From contig CM106585.1 of the NCBI GenBank assembly GCA_048013815.1, positions 9,672,001-9,736,000 of the forward strand: a DNA stretch of 64,000 bases, written 5' to 3'. A program made the translations under genes and the position numbers. Below the pieces are notes generated by a model. It was not told where the DNA came from. It worked only from the letters and a program-made list of their open reading frames with translations, and made no database searches. Within the stretch, counting starts at the first letter, position 1. Each line of letters begins with the position of its first letter. Shown in pieces: positions 63,506 through 64,000 of the stretch. Source of the stretch: Setoptus koraiensis. Lineage: Eukaryota > Animalia > Arthropoda.

Positions 63506-64000
63506 GATCAGCTAAATTATGGTTACACGTTAGCGATTGGTTGATATTAATATATTCGAAGTATATATAGAATGATAATCAACCCAATTTGGCTAAAGTG
63601 GAAACTCCATATTTTGTTCCCTCTGTAAATCGATGTCAAGCAAAATGATATTTTTGGAAGACTGTTAAATATAGAATCATCAAAGGTATTCTGAAATCAC
63701 AACATCTGATATTTATATATGATACAGGTGAAACCACTTGTGAGGGAAACAGTGCCCCAACTTTATTGGTAAAAACACTTTATATAGAAACGAATATAAA
63801 TATAACGAATTAGCTCCGTTGCTCAATTGATTGTTGCGCGAATCCATTGAGGCTTGTGAATTGTGTTTTCGACTGTTGCCGGTGATTGACGGCAAGACTT
63901 GAAGCAACGGATTCGTCATCATTTGTGATCATAGAGGAGCCATTATCCTCTTCTTGTGTTGTTTGTTTTGTCGTTGCGTCATCAATATTACTATCTATGT

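Overview
This is eukaryotic arthropod DNA, not prokaryotic; I found no CRISPR array, rRNA or tRNA. Intron-poor conserved genes, A/C-rich splice acceptors and dense CAA/CA microsatellites suggest a mite, possibly eriophyoid-like, but that is inference. Confident content, left to right: (1) the last two exons of a chitin-binding type-2 (CBM14) protein (+, 2851-3465; 5' exon not found). (2) A compact four-exon alan shepard/RBMS double-RRM gene (-, 5316-7352, 537 aa). (3) An intronless Src42A-type tyrosine kinase (+, 9760-11451). (4) A 40-kb locus the ORF track does not show as one gene: an igloo/GAP-43-like IQ-motif protein with five phase-compatible exons (16068-16431, 17901-19178, 40541-40681, 40891-41288, 56388-56564; 785 aa), with signs of internal promoters and short isoforms. 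(5) A truncated Tc1/mariner transposase (61106-62014) flanked by decayed reading frames. The best leads are the multi-promoter architecture of the IQ locus, an ATG-A10 slippery run one base out of frame with the last IQ motif, a SILK plus RVxF-like motif formed across a 21-kb intron, a nested antisense small secreted ORF, several perfect 17-18 bp intronic hairpins, and an unidentified degenerate ORF chain at the right end. Most other ORFs in the track are shadows of GC-rich or microsatellite DNA. All splice models come from sequence signals alone and need RNA evidence.
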